The position numbers and the translations under genes are program-made. From positions 943,326 through 1,007,325 of the forward strand of contig CAVYFC010000008.1 in the NCBI GenBank assembly GCA_963767665.1: a DNA stretch of 64,000 bases, given 5' to 3'. The notes beneath the pieces are model-generated. The model did no database searches. It had not been told where the DNA came from and saw only the letters and a program-made list of their open reading frames with translations. This DNA is from Pirellulaceae bacterium. Lineage in GTDB: Bacteria > Planctomycetota > Planctomycetia > Pirellulales > Pirellulaceae. Each line of letters opens with the position of its first letter. Position 1 is the first letter of the stretch. Of the stretch, positions 33,403 to 44,155 are shown piece after piece.

Positions 33403-34376
33403 CAATACGCAAGACTCTCCGCGGTGATCAAGTCAACCGGCGTTTCCACGTCGGCCGGAGTTGCAGCTCGGATCGCCGAGGATCTCGCGTGCGATTTCGA
33501 TTCCAAAGGCCGCTAACTGATCCCCATGTTGGTCGGCGGTTGCCAGAACCTTTCCCTCGCGGATCAGTTCTTGAGCAGCTGGAATGTTGTCGAATCCGAC
33601 GATGATGACATCCCCAGTCCGGCCAGCGGATTTGACAGCTGCTACCGCTCCGATCGCCATGGAGTCGTTGGCGGCGAGAATCGCTTTGATTTCAGGATGC
33701 TCACTGAGCATTGATGCGGCTATCGTATTCGCTTTGTTGGTTTCCCAATCGGCGGATTGGCTCGAGACGATTTCGATTCCGGCGTCTTTCATGGCCGCTT
33801 CGAAATCCGAGTCGGCGTTGGACGCCATTGAAGGCGGTCGTCTTGCCTTCCAAGCACCGCCACCTTGTCGCCTTTGGCCAGCTTACTGGCCAAATAGTCA
33901 CCCACTTTCTTCGCTCCGGCTTGATTGTCGGGCCCCACAAACGGAATCATGACGTCCTCCTGCTTGCAGAACCTGTGCGTCCAGGCGATTATCGATATTG
34001 ACCACGACGACGCCCGCTTTGATTGCCTTCCGCAGGGCCGGCACGAGCGCTTTGGAATCAGCCGGGGCAATCACGATGGCGTCGACGCCTGAGGCGACCA
34101 TCTCATCGACCAAGAGCGACCTGACGACCGAGATCCGATTCATCTTTGATTCCGTTGGACAAGCAACTCGTACTCGTCGGCATGCATGCGCATGGTGCGA
34201 TTTGGCACCAGCCTCCATGGCGGAGAAAAAGTCATTCGCCAGCGACTTCATGATCAGGGCGATGCTTGGCTTTTCGCCATTCTCTCCGGCGGCTGCCGAG
34301 AGGTTTCTGAACTACGATCACTTGCCGAGCTGCAACCAGCGAACAGAAAAAGTGAGAGAAGAAGACGACGAGTCAT
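33402..34376 (-). CDS. rbsB: ribose-type ABC transporter substrate-binding protein (frameshifted)
   Basis: MKSLANDFF, VDAIVIAPADSKAL, VVNIDN, FVGPDN, AANDSMAIGA, VGFDN. Confidence 0.85.
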
Positions 34377-34428
34377 GAGAGGATACTCCGCGATGTTTGC
34401 TTGATGCAGTTGATCATGAACGCCTGAT

Positions 34429-35366
34429 TCAAACGCCCGACTGATCGATCAATTGTTCGATCTCATGACGTGTCGGCATGGCGGGTTGCGCTCCCAGTCG
34501 TGTCGCAGCGATCGCGCCGGCAGCCGCGGCAAAACGCGCCGAGTCAGCAGCGATGCGCCCTTCCGCCAACCTTACCGTCAGTGCTCCGGCAAATGCGTCG
34601 CCCGCCGCAGTTGTGTCGACGGCCGTGACCTCAAAGGGTTCGATCCAATGCGACGACGATCCGTCGTGGATGATCGCTCCTTGGTCGGCCAACGTAACAA
34701 TCACCTGCCGGGCCCCGGTCCAAGCAGGTCTGTTGCGGCCCGTCTTGCGTCGCTGCACTGTCTCCACAGCATATCCGACGATCGCGGCCGCTTCCGATTG
34801 ATTGGGACAGATCACGTCGACATGCGAAGGATTTTCGGAGGCAGTGACGTGGGCATTGGGGCAGGGTCAAGGATCGACCGGGACATCTGCCTCCCTGGCG
34901 ATCTCGATCACGTGCAGGACCGTCGCCAGTGGGATCTCAAGCTGCAAGAAGCACAATCGTCGCCTCACGCAGGATCGCTTCCGCCGTCCTCGACATCTTC
35001 GACGGAGACACGGCCATTGGCACCCGGAACCACCATGATCGCATTCTCGCCGCTCGCCTCCACCGCGACGACCGCGATCCCGCTCGCACAGTCTCGGTTC
35101 GCAACACCGTATCGTTCGTATCTGTTGCTGACTTGAAGATTCTGCACCAATCGATCTGCCATCGAGTCATCGCCGACGCGTCCGATCATCGTCACGTCGC
35201 CACCCGGCCGGGCAGCCGCGACCGCTTGGTTGGCTCCCTTGCCACCAGGGATCTCAACGGATGATTCGGCGATGATCGTTTGGCCCGGGATACGGTAAGT
35301 GAGCGCAGCGGATCACCAAGTCCATGTTGATGGATCCTACCACGACGATCTTCGGTACTTGGACAT
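34429..35366 (-). CDS. rbsK: ribokinase (frameshifted)
   Basis: VGSINMDL, GGKGANQA, MIGRVGDD, GENAIMVVPGAN, PNQSEA, VDTTAAGDAF. Confidence 0.9.
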
Positions 35367-35412
35367 GCGTCTTGCAATAATCCCCATGGTTCACAATCGA
35401 TGACAATTCACA

Positions 35413-36482
35413 TCAGTGGGAAGTAGCCGGCTCGGATGGTGGTTGGCTCGACAAGGCAACCAGTGTCGCCGTCAATCGAATCTTCTGTGCTTCGCTTGCC
35501 TTCAGGTAGTGATGATTGCCGCCACGAGCTCTGAAAAGGTCGTCAGTCCATCATCGGCAACCGAGACATTTCCAGCGGCGGACAGATCAAAGTAATCGCG
35601 ATCGGGACGGACCGCGTAGAGGACACTGGTCAGGTCCCAAGTAGGTCGGTCATGAGGTGGAGGGTTGTAGGCGATGTAGGCTTCGGCCAGCGGATGATGT
35701 TCGACGTATCGATAGTCTAGCTCGATGCTTTGTGAGGATAGGGCATGGAGATTCCAATTTCGAATCCGCTCCAAACGATCGGGGTAGGCCAACTCGCTGC
35801 AAGTTTCTGAGCGGAAGGAATGTCCTTGATGATGTTGTACTCCTTGTGATCGTACGGCTTGCCGTCACGGCCTGGGATTTGCGTGAATGCTCCAGCCATG
35901 ATGGAAAGTAATTTGACCTTCTTTCGGACCAAATCGACTCCGGAGAGAGGACTGATGTCGTCAGGAGTGGAATCGAGCAAGGTTCGCCAGGTTCGTCGAG
36001 AAGCCGACTTGTGCAATCGCAACGCGTACCATCCTCCGCACTCGCCAGCGCCGTTCGCAAAACCTGAACCGCATCAGGGGCGTCCTTTCCCGAGGTGAGA
36101 TCGTGTGGATAGCGGTAACCATCGCCATCCTTCGACCTCCGCGAGCGGATTGAATTTGCCTGCTTCAGGCGTCACGCCGCTGCGACAGACGCCGATCGGA
36201 ACATCACCCCGACCATAGAAACGTGTTGACAGCATCGGTGAAGGCGGCGGCCAGTTCATTGATCTTTCGTGATCGTCACTGCGAACAGCTTGCATTCGCC
36301 ACGGCTTTCCAACGCATGAATCATTCCCAGCGCCAGCACGTCGTCGACATCATTGCCGATATCGGTATCAAAGATGAGTGGGGTCGGTTCGCGTGAGTCG
36401 GCCGCCCAGCATGACGTTGCCGGGAAGGCCGAGGCAACAACAGCATCAAGATCGCTTGGAAAGATCGAGGCAAGTACGTCAT
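35413..36482 (-). CDS. nucleoside hydrolase (IU-NH family), probably secreted (frameshifted; ends approximate)
   Basis: Minus strand 36320-36385 reads PLIFDTDIGNDVDDVLALGMIH (DxDxxxDD); LSIMAGAF, EYNI, SGFEIG, RPTWDL. Confidence 0.82.
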
Positions 36483-36939
36483 CGCAAGTCTTCAGGGAGC
36501 AGGGAATGTGGGGGAAATCGGCCTTTGTGAATCTGGTCCATGGTTAGGGTAATCGATGGCGAAGAATGCTCGTGGCACCAAGCAGCTGGTCGCTGCTGGA
36601 TCCACGCCGACTGAAATTCGACAGTAGGGCAAACCCGATCTGCTGGCTGGTGTGCGGACGCAAAGAAAGAAACCGTCGCCCAATATCGAGGTTCAATCGA
36701 TTCCGGAAGCAGCAAGCGTGATCCGCTGGACGGAAGGGTCGGTGGCCGGGTGGGCCGACAAGAATGGGAGAAGCGTGGTCGAGTATGCGAAGCGATCAAT
36801 GGACGGGCGATCGTCGGAGGGCGATGTCGGTGGGCGAATCCTCTGCAAAATTTCCCGGTTTTAATGAAATCGGAGGTGCTAACGGTCCCTCTTGTTGAGA
36901 TCATGGAGTTGGGCCGCAGTCTTTCGTAGCGAGTTGGTC

Positions 36940-39665
36940 ATGCATTATCTCATCAAGTACATCGCTGCATCGGTTCTCGTTGCCTCGGCAGCGCTACCAG
37001 TTCAAGCCCAACTGGTAGGCCCGGCAGCTGCAGCTGACGCCGGAGGAAGTCGGCTTCTTCGAAACAAAGATCCGGCCCGTCTTGGTCAGGGAGTGTTACG
37101 GATGCCACTCCAGCCAGGCCGGTAACGTGCGCGGCGGGCTGCGACTGGACAACAAGGAGCTGATGCAACTGGGTGGCAGTAGTGGGCCGGCCGTCGTGCC
37201 GGGCGACTTGGAGGAGAGCATGCTGTTCAACGCGATCAACCATGAAGATTTCGTGATGCCGCCGAAGCGCAGACTTTCTGCGGCAGTGATTGAGGACTTT
37301 CGTAAGTGGATCGAGATGGGGGCGCCCGATCCGCGAGAGACCGCATCGCCGAGATCAAGTCATCGATCGTGAAGCAGACATCGAACATGCTAGACGGAGC
37401 ATTCTGGGCTTATCAGCTGCCAGTTCACCAGAGATTCCCCGGTTGCCGAGACGCGGCGTGGCCCGAACAACGAGATCGATCATTTTGTGTTGGCTCGCCT
37501 GGAGGCATCCGAATTGAGCCCAGCTGCTGATGCCAAAGCCTATCAGGTGATCCGGCGACTTTGTTTTGATTTGACCGGACTGCCACCGACGCCCGAGCAG
37601 ATTGCTTCGTTTCAATCGGACTGGAAAGGAGTCCACAGCAAGCGGTTGCGCAGAGTCGTCGATGAGTTGCTCGACCAGAAGCAGTTTGGCGAACGCTGGG
37701 GGCGGCATTGGCTGGATGTGCGCGCTATGCCGAATCGACCGGTCGCGAAGTCAACATGACGTTTCCTCATGCTTGGCGATATCGCGATTACGTCATCGAT
37801 TCGTTCAATCAAGATAAACCTTTCATCGAATTCGTACAGGAACAAATCGCAGGCGACCTCCTTCCTGCGACGAGTCCGACGAGGAGTGGACGCAGAATCT
37901 AATCGCGACGACATTCCTGGCGATGGGTCCCAAGAACGTAAACGAACAGAATCGTGTGCAATTCGAGGCGGACCTGATCGATGAACAGATCGATGCAACC
38001 ACACGCGTGTTTCTTGGAATGAGTGTGGCCTGTGCGAGATGCCACGATCACAAGTTTGATGCGATTCCGCAGACCGACTATTACGCGATGGCTGGGATCT
38101 TTCGTAACGCAGCGACCTACTTTGGGAATCCTCCGTCACAGTACGGCAACTTCAGTACTGCCCAAACGCGTCGTAGTAGCAGTCTGTTGTTACTGCCTGT
38201 CGAGGATCCGAATCCCTTTGACAAGCGTTACAGCAAGGACGAGCTTGCGAGTCTTCGGGGCGAGTTGACTGACAAGATGCGTGAGGCGGCGGACGGGCGT
38301 CGCTCTCTTGCCGCGGGCGGTGCAGGGACGCAGAACGCCATCCGCAACCGTTTGCGTTTGAGCAATGAGATGGCCCAGTTGTCAGCGAAGTTGGCCGTTG
38401 TCGACGCGGAGGGAAATCCTCTCAGCTATTGCATGGGTGTTCAGGAACGTGGGGCATCGCCGGCCAATGCTCGATGTGCTGGTGCGAGGCGAGATCGATC
38501 AGCCAGCTCAAGAAGTCGGACGCGGATTTCCTCAGGTTCTCTGTTCGAGCCCCGAGTCGATTCCAACTGATTCAAGCGGACGACTTGAGTTGGCACGTTG
38601 GATTGGAAGCGATCGCAATCCGCTGACCGCTCGGGTCATGGTCAACCGGGTTTGGCAGCAGTTACTAGGCCAGGGAATCGTGACGTCGACGGAGAATTTT
38701 GGAGTGACCGGGCAAGCTCCCAGTCATCCCGAGTTGCTTGATTACTTGGCCGTTCGTTTGGTTGATTCCGGGTGGTCGATCAAGGCTCTGGTGCGCGACA
38801 TTGCCAATTCGCACGTGTATCGCATTGGCTCCGACTTCGACGAGGCGAGCCATCAGTATGATCCCGACAACGCACTGTTGTGGCGGGCGAATCCTCGCCG
38901 GCTCGATGCCGAAGCGATTCGGGATGCCATGCTGAGCATCAGCGGGGAGATCGATTTACAGCGGCCACGTGGGTCGGAAGTCGCAAAGGCGGGCTATCAG
39001 CGGGTGGTTGGCGGCTTCTTGGGGGATCCAAGAGAAGCCACCCGAAAGGCAATCGAGTCGGCAAATCAAGAACTTCGCGAATCGATGCGCGGACGATTTC
39101 AAACAGGTGGACGGCCGGGATCGGCAGCCTCACGATTTGGCACCGGTAGTCCGTTTCAACGCCCGATGATGGCCGTGCGACGCAACGCTAGTGGCGGAAA
39201 TCCGTTTGAGACTGCGATGAACGAGGCGATGCGAAAGGTTACTTCGCAACTGGACATGGAGGACGCAAAGTACCGCAGCGTTTACCTTCCGATTGTTCGA
39301 GACAACGAACCGCGTTCCCTGGATGTATTCGACTTTGCCGATTCGAGTTCCGTCACCGGCACACGCGAGACGTCGAACACTGCGAATCAAGCGTTGTTCA
39401 TGCTGAACAATCCTTTTGTGATTCAGCAGAGCGAAGCCTTCGCAAGCAGGGCGATGCGGAGTGAAGCCAACACTTGCCGATCAGATTCAAATCGCGTTCC
39501 TGCTCGCTTACGGTCGGCCACCGAGCAGAGAGGAACGTATCGCGTCGGCCTCCTTCCTGTCGCAGTTTGAAGATTCAGCCCAGCGTCGCAGCCGGTGGCG
39601 GTCGAGCATTCGCAGCCTTCTGCCAGAGTCTGTTTGCATCCGCGGAATTTCGTTACATCGATTGA
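36940..39665 (+). CDS. planctomycete cytochrome c / DUF1549 (PSCyt2) / DUF1553 (PSD1) protein (several frameshifts)
   Basis: CYGCH + GGLRLD + MPP; [19 protein letters not shown]; [10 protein letters not shown]; [34 protein letters not shown]. Confidence 0.92.
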
Positions 39666-39756
39666 TCGGAACCAGTTGTCACTTGGTGAGAACCCCCAAA
39701 ACAATCCACGATCCTGAATCCGCACAACTGCCGATTTGCTTGAAAAGGTTGACCCC

Positions 39757-41154
39757 ATGAATTCGCGAAGACAGATCCTCCAGAACGTATCGGCCGGTTT
39801 TGGCTACCTCGCCTTCGCCGGAATCAGCACCATCGCCTCGGGTCGAGACAGGTCGGTTGGTAACAGCGGTCTCGAAACGGCACTCAACCCGCTGACACCA
39901 AAGCAACCGCATTTTCCAGCTCGCGCCAAGCGAGTGATTTTTCTCTGCATGCAGGGCGGTCCTTCCCACGTCGATACCTTCGACCACAAGCCTCAGCTGA
40001 CAAAGGACCATGGCAAACGCGGAAAGTACGGCGGCACATTGCTAAAGTCGCCATGGGAATTCCGGCAACGAGGCGATAGCGGGTTGTGGATCTCCGATCT
40101 CTTTCCTGAAGTCGCAAAACATGCGGATGACCTCTGCCTGATCAGGTCGATGCAGTGTGACCAGCCGGTGCATCCCGGTGCGATGACACAAATGCATACC
40201 GGTACCGCTCAATTCATTCGCCCCTCTTTGGGTGCGTGGACACTTTATGGACTGGGTACCGAGAACGACAGTCTGCCTGGTTTCGTATCCTTGAGTCCGC
40301 CGGCAGGTTCCTCGAGAAACTACGGGAGTTCATTTCTACCGGCGATCTATGGCGGTACGAAAGTGGGCCGCAGCATGCAACGCAGTCGTTCGACGCGAGT
40401 TGGCGGGGAGGAGTCGATTCCAGACATCAAGAATCCCAAGCTCAGCCAACAACAGCAACGCCGCCAGCTTGATTTCATTCAGTCCCTCAATCACGAGAAA
40501 TTGAAAGATGGGCTCCATCAACCCGGTGTCGAAGGGGTGATCGAGTCCTACGAATTGGCGTTCCGCATGCAGGACGCGGTACCTGCTTTGATGGATATGT
40601 CAGGTGAATCGCAACAGACCCTATCCATGTATGGTGCGGATGGGGGTGCTACCGAGAACTTCGGTAAGCAGTGTTTGCTGGCCAGACGCTTGATCGAAGC
40701 CGGCGTACGATTCGTAGAAGTGACGCATGGCAATTGGGATCAACATGTCAACCTATCAACGGATCATCAAGCCCGCGCGGAAGCCTGCGACAAACCGATT
40801 GCTGGTTTGATTGAGGATCTCAGGCAACGGGATTTGCTAAAGGACACATTGATCATTTGGGGCGGGGAGTTTGGACGAACGCCAGCAGCGCAGGGTGGGG
40901 ATGGACGCAACCACAACAACCGCGGATACACGACTTGGATGGCGGGCGGCGGCGTGAAGGGCGGCTACAGCTATGGAGCGACCGATGAACACGGCTACGA
41001 GGCCGTTGAAAACGAGTGCCATATTCACGACTGGCACGCCACGATCCTGCACCTACTTGGACTCGATCACGAACAGCTGACCTATCGCTATGCCGGCCGT
41101 GACTTCCGGCTGACCGATGTTCATGGCAACGTGATCACCGATATCCTTGCTTAG
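39757..41154 (+). CDS. DUF1501 domain protein (Tat-exported)
   Basis: SRRQIL Tat motif; AKRVIFLCMQGGPSHVDTFD; LLARRLIEAGVRFV; GGEFGRTP; DWHATILHLLGLDH. Confidence 0.95.
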   Translation: MNSRRQILQNVSAGFGYLAFAGISTIASGRDRSVGNSGLETALNPLTPKQPHFPARAKRVIFLCMQGGPSHVDTFDHKPQLTKDHGKRGKYGGTLLKSPWEFRQRGDSGLWISDLFPEVAKHADDLCLIRSMQCDQPVHPGAMTQMHTGTAQFIRPSLGAWTLYGLGTENDSLPGFVSLSPPAGSSRNYGSSFLPAIYGGTKVGRSMQRSRSTRVGGEESIPDIKNPKLSQQQQRRQLDFIQSLNHEKLKDGLHQPGVEGVIESYELAFRMQDAVPALMDMSGESQQTLSMYGADGGATENFGKQCLLARRLIEAGVRFVEVTHGNWDQHVNLSTDHQARAEACDKPIAGLIEDLRQRDLLKDTLIIWGGEFGRTPAAQGGDGRNHNNRGYTTWMAGGGVKGGYSYGATDEHGYEAVENECHIHDWHATILHLLGLDHEQLTYRYAGRDFRLTDVHGNVITDILA

Positions 41155-41164
41155 AAGATGGACA

Positions 41165-41716
41165 TCAAGCGTCGGTTCGTGCCAGCCAGTCTTTGGTGCT
41201 GAGGACTTCACTGATGAACATCTGCTGAGCGACAAGGATCGATTCCTGCATTTGCTCTGCCGTGACGCTGCCAGCTTCATTTGCCACGGGTAGGGTTCCG
41301 CAGGCATCGTTCAGAAACTCGACTTGATAGCCTCGGTGAAATGCTTGTCGGGCGGTTGTGTCGCAACAGATGTGGGTCATGTAACCGGCAATGCTGATCG
41401 TGTCGGCTTCGACACTGTCCAGCCAAGTCTTCAATTCCGTGTTCGTGAAAGAGCCGGGAAGTTGCTTGTCGATCAAGACATCACGGGGTCGCGATTCTAC
41501 TTCCTCATGAAGTTCCCACATCGGCGAGTTCAATCGAAAGATCGGCGAGTCCGGATCGGGTTGGTGGTGGCGGATGAATGCAGTGGGGATCTTCCGACTT
41601 GCTGCATGGTCAATGACTTCGAGGATCCGTTCCAGGTGGCCGACTGGATGTGTGATCGGCAGGGCACCGTCAAAGTACTCACGCTGCACGTCAATGACCA
41701 ACAATGCTCGACTCAT
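41165..41716 (-). CDS. cysteine hydrolase (isochorismatase family)
   Basis: ALLVIDVQ, K..PGSF..T.L, GYMTHICCDTTAR, DACG. Confidence 0.92.
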   Translation of the reverse strand: MSRALLVIDVQREYFDGALPITHPVGHLERILEVIDHAASRKIPTAFIRHHQPDPDSPIFRLNSPMWELHEEVESRPRDVLIDKQLPGSFTNTELKTWLDSVEADTISIAGYMTHICCDTTARQAFHRGYQVEFLNDACGTLPVANEAGSVTAEQMQESILVAQQMFISEVLSTKDWLARTDA

Positions 41717-41868
41717 GGATGACTCCGTCGGGGTCTGAAAGGAAAGGACAGATCAATTCGGGAAACAGCTTACTGTGCTCGGCTCGGTCGAGGCTACGGG
41801 CAGATCATCAGGTCCGCTGCCAGAGGCTGATGGGCATCGGATTAGCGATTTCAGCTGAGCCTTGCCGA

Positions 41869-43080
41869 TCACGCCCAAGGCACATAAGGCCACGGGCCTT
41901 CACCCGAAGCTTCGGGCGGAAGTTGCACGAAACCGCTGCTGAGGCCAAGCGAAACAAGATCCCCGGATCCAAGGCTTTCGATGAGCTCGGCGACGCCATC
42001 TTCCACCAGTCGCACGAGCCTCATCCAGTGCAGGGGAATCTTCTTGCCGTCAGGATTGCGCAAACGGACCATGGGATGGATCGGCATCCAATGCTCAAGC
42101 CCCGCCAGCTTTCTGAGTAAGGGCATGGCCATTCTTCTGCAGCCCACCGTGGCGCTGACTGGATTGCCGGGAAGACCCATCAGCAACTTGCCCGACTCGG
42201 TCGCCGCGCCAAGAATCGGTTTGCCAGGGCGAATGGGAAGCCCGTGAAAGACGATCTCGCCTCCCGTCTCGCGAATCACATCGGGGACGAAGTCGTAGTC
42301 ACCCATCGAGACGCCTCCCGTCAGCAGGATCGCGTCGGAATCCTCCAGGCAAGAGCGAAGCACTTCTGTCATCGAGTCGCGATCGTCACGGCAGTGATCG
42401 GAATGAACGATTCGCACCCAAGGAATTGTCTCGAGTAGGGCCGAGACCGATTCGCGATTGCTGTTGCGCAGCTGCCAAGGTTGAGGATCTTCATCAATGA
42501 AGCTACCGACTTCGTTGCCGGTGGTGAGCACGCTGACTCGAACGGGAGCGAAAAGATCAACACTTCGGCAGCCGAAATTCGCCATCGTCGCCCGAACCGC
42601 CGCCGTGATGGGGATGCCCGGCGACAGAACACAGCTTCCCGCTCGAGCGTTTTCACCAGCCCGCCGGATATGCATGCCGTGCTCGATCGGCTTGGCTGAA
42701 TCCAACAGCCGCACGGAGCCCACTCCTTCCTCGGTATCCTCGCGTTTGACGACCGCGTCCAAGCCCTTCGGTACGATCGCACCGGTGAAGACTCGAATGG
42801 CTGTGCCCTCTTGTGGCTCGGGTGGCGGCGCGCCGGGTACGCTTTCACCACTGACAGGGATCACATCGGTCCGCTCGCGATCACACATTCGGATCGCGTA
42901 TCCGTCCATCGCAGAAACGTCCGCAGCCGGGCTATCACGATCGGCAAGAACCTCACTGGCCAGAATCCGTCCAACCTGTGGGGCCTGCTCCGTCTCCCGT
43001 TGGGGCGATCGAAGCCGCGCGGCAAGATCTTGGATGGCGCTGTCGGGATGGTGAAGACTCGGAGAACTGGATCGGCTCAC
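41869..43080 (-). CDS. moeA: molybdopterin molybdotransferase
   Basis: SAMDGYA, VFTGA.VP.G.DAVVKRE, TGNEV, TGGVSMGDYD, RPGKP, GLPGNPVS. Confidence 0.95.
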   Translation of the reverse strand: MSRSSSPSLHHPDSAIQDLAARLRSPQRETEQAPQVGRILASEVLADRDSPAADVSAMDGYAIRMCDRERTDVIPVSGESVPGAPPPEPQEGTAIRVFTGAIVPKGLDAVVKREDTEEGVGSVRLLDSAKPIEHGMHIRRAGENARAGSCVLSPGIPITAAVRATMANFGCRSVDLFAPVRVSVLTTGNEVGSFIDEDPQPWQLRNSNRESVSALLETIPWVRIVHSDHCRDDRDSMTEVLRSCLEDSDAILLTGGVSMGDYDFVPDVIRETGGEIVFHGLPIRPGKPILGAATESGKLLMGLPGNPVSATVGCRRMAMPLLRKLAGLEHWMPIHPMVRLRNPDGKKIPLHWMRLVRLVEDGVAELIESLGSGDLVSLGLSSGFVQLPPEASGEGPWPYVPWA

Positions 43081-43311
43081 GTTGGGGGCTCGCTCACGGT
43101 TATTCGGCGGGCAAATGCAGCAGATTACAGTTGACAAGGTTAGGCGGCGAGAACGCAAGCTACAACCGCTACAGTCATGACCAGATGCAGACATCATTGC
43201 GGCAGGACGCAATATTAAGTCTCGATGAAGGCTCCCATGAGAGAACTGGCATACGGTTCCTAATGCACGTCACACCTGACCTCATGAGCCCGATTCAACT
43301 TATCTCGACCT

Positions 43312-43394
43312 CCGCGATAAAGGCAAACCAGACGCAAGTCTGAGACGCAAAGCCATGGGTCCATCGTCCGATCGATCGCCAGGCTACCGAACGG
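43312..43394 (+). ncRNA. c-di-GMP-I (GEMM-I) riboswitch aptamer
   Basis: CCGCGATAAA-GGCAAACC-AGAC-GCAA-GTCT-GAGACGCAAAG-CCATGGGTCC...GATCGCCAGGCT-ACCGAACGG: GGCAAA/GACGCAAAG core, GNRA tetraloop, P3 stem, ACCGA 3' motif, P1 closure. Confidence 0.88.
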
Positions 43395-43454
43395 TTCCTG
43401 ATTTGGCCTGTGACGCTCTCGTCCTATCTATCTATTGCAAATCGGGAAAAATCG

Positions 43455-44099
43455 ATGGCTCTTCACGCTCCATGCGTCGTTTCGACGCTCGGCCGGTACG
43501 TCATCGGGGGGATTGCCGCAGTCTTGTCCATGTTGACTCTTTCCGCACGCGGTGACGAGCCGGCGATCTGGAAGATCGAGGAGGACTGGGAAATGGTGAT
43601 CAGTGAACCAGATCCTAGTATCTACTCGCCTCAGGTCACTTTCTTCACCTCGCCTAGCACGGAGATTGGGGATACCTATTTCCAGCTGCAGATGAACTAC
43701 GAGGCAGACACAGGGTTTTCCGCCGGCGGTTTTCACGTCGCAGCAGTACAGGGTGATTCGATCGTCGACGAGGAACGCAGCGATTCAAGAATCACGTTGG
43801 CTACCAACAACGATCGTATCCGCTGGACCAACGTGATGGCGGTCGTCGAGAACAAGCTGTTGTTCGCCGTCAAGGATGGACATGGCGACGAGTGGGGTGA
43901 CTTTGGCGGACCTGAATACCTGGTCCGCTTGGTGCCCGCTCCTGTTGAGGATCTGAGTCGATATCACCATCAGCAGAGTCTTGACTCGGTGGATATCGGA
44001 TTCGGCGCGAATCGCGTGCAATCGGTGACGTTGCGGCGCGTTCGCGTCTTTCACACCAACGGGGTTGTCAGAAGCTTCGAGTTGGGTCTGCACCCCTAA
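43455..44099 (+). CDS. secreted hypothetical beta-rich protein
   Basis: Signal-like GGIAAVLSMLTLSARG; KIEEDWEMVISEPD..SPQVTF; first gene after the riboswitch. Confidence 0.75.
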   Translation: MALHAPCVVSTLGRYVIGGIAAVLSMLTLSARGDEPAIWKIEEDWEMVISEPDPSIYSPQVTFFTSPSTEIGDTYFQLQMNYEADTGFSAGGFHVAAVQGDSIVDEERSDSRITLATNNDRIRWTNVMAVVENKLLFAVKDGHGDEWGDFGGPEYLVRLVPAPVEDLSRYHHQQSLDSVDIGFGANRVQSVTLRRVRVFHTNGVVRSFELGLHP

Positions 44100-44155
44100 T
44101 CACGGCTCGTTCGCCAATTGATTCGAAGCCCGATCAAGACATTCAGGACTTCCCC

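Noticed and set aside
36625-36680. Second c-di-GMP-I-like string (GGGCAAACC...GGACGCAAAG)
   Set aside because: No GNRA-capped P2 stem, no P3 stem and no ACCGA 3' motif; at most a decayed or chance match.
25347-39665. Mass pseudogenisation or programmed frameshifting
   Set aside because: Indels are dense, regionally clustered and also hit essential genes elsewhere (rpsT, dapL) while motifs stay intact; sequencing error is more parsimonious.
43246-43262. Sigma-54-like CTGGCATACGGTTCCT upstream of the riboswitch
   Set aside because: The -12 GC is absent (GG-N10-CT).
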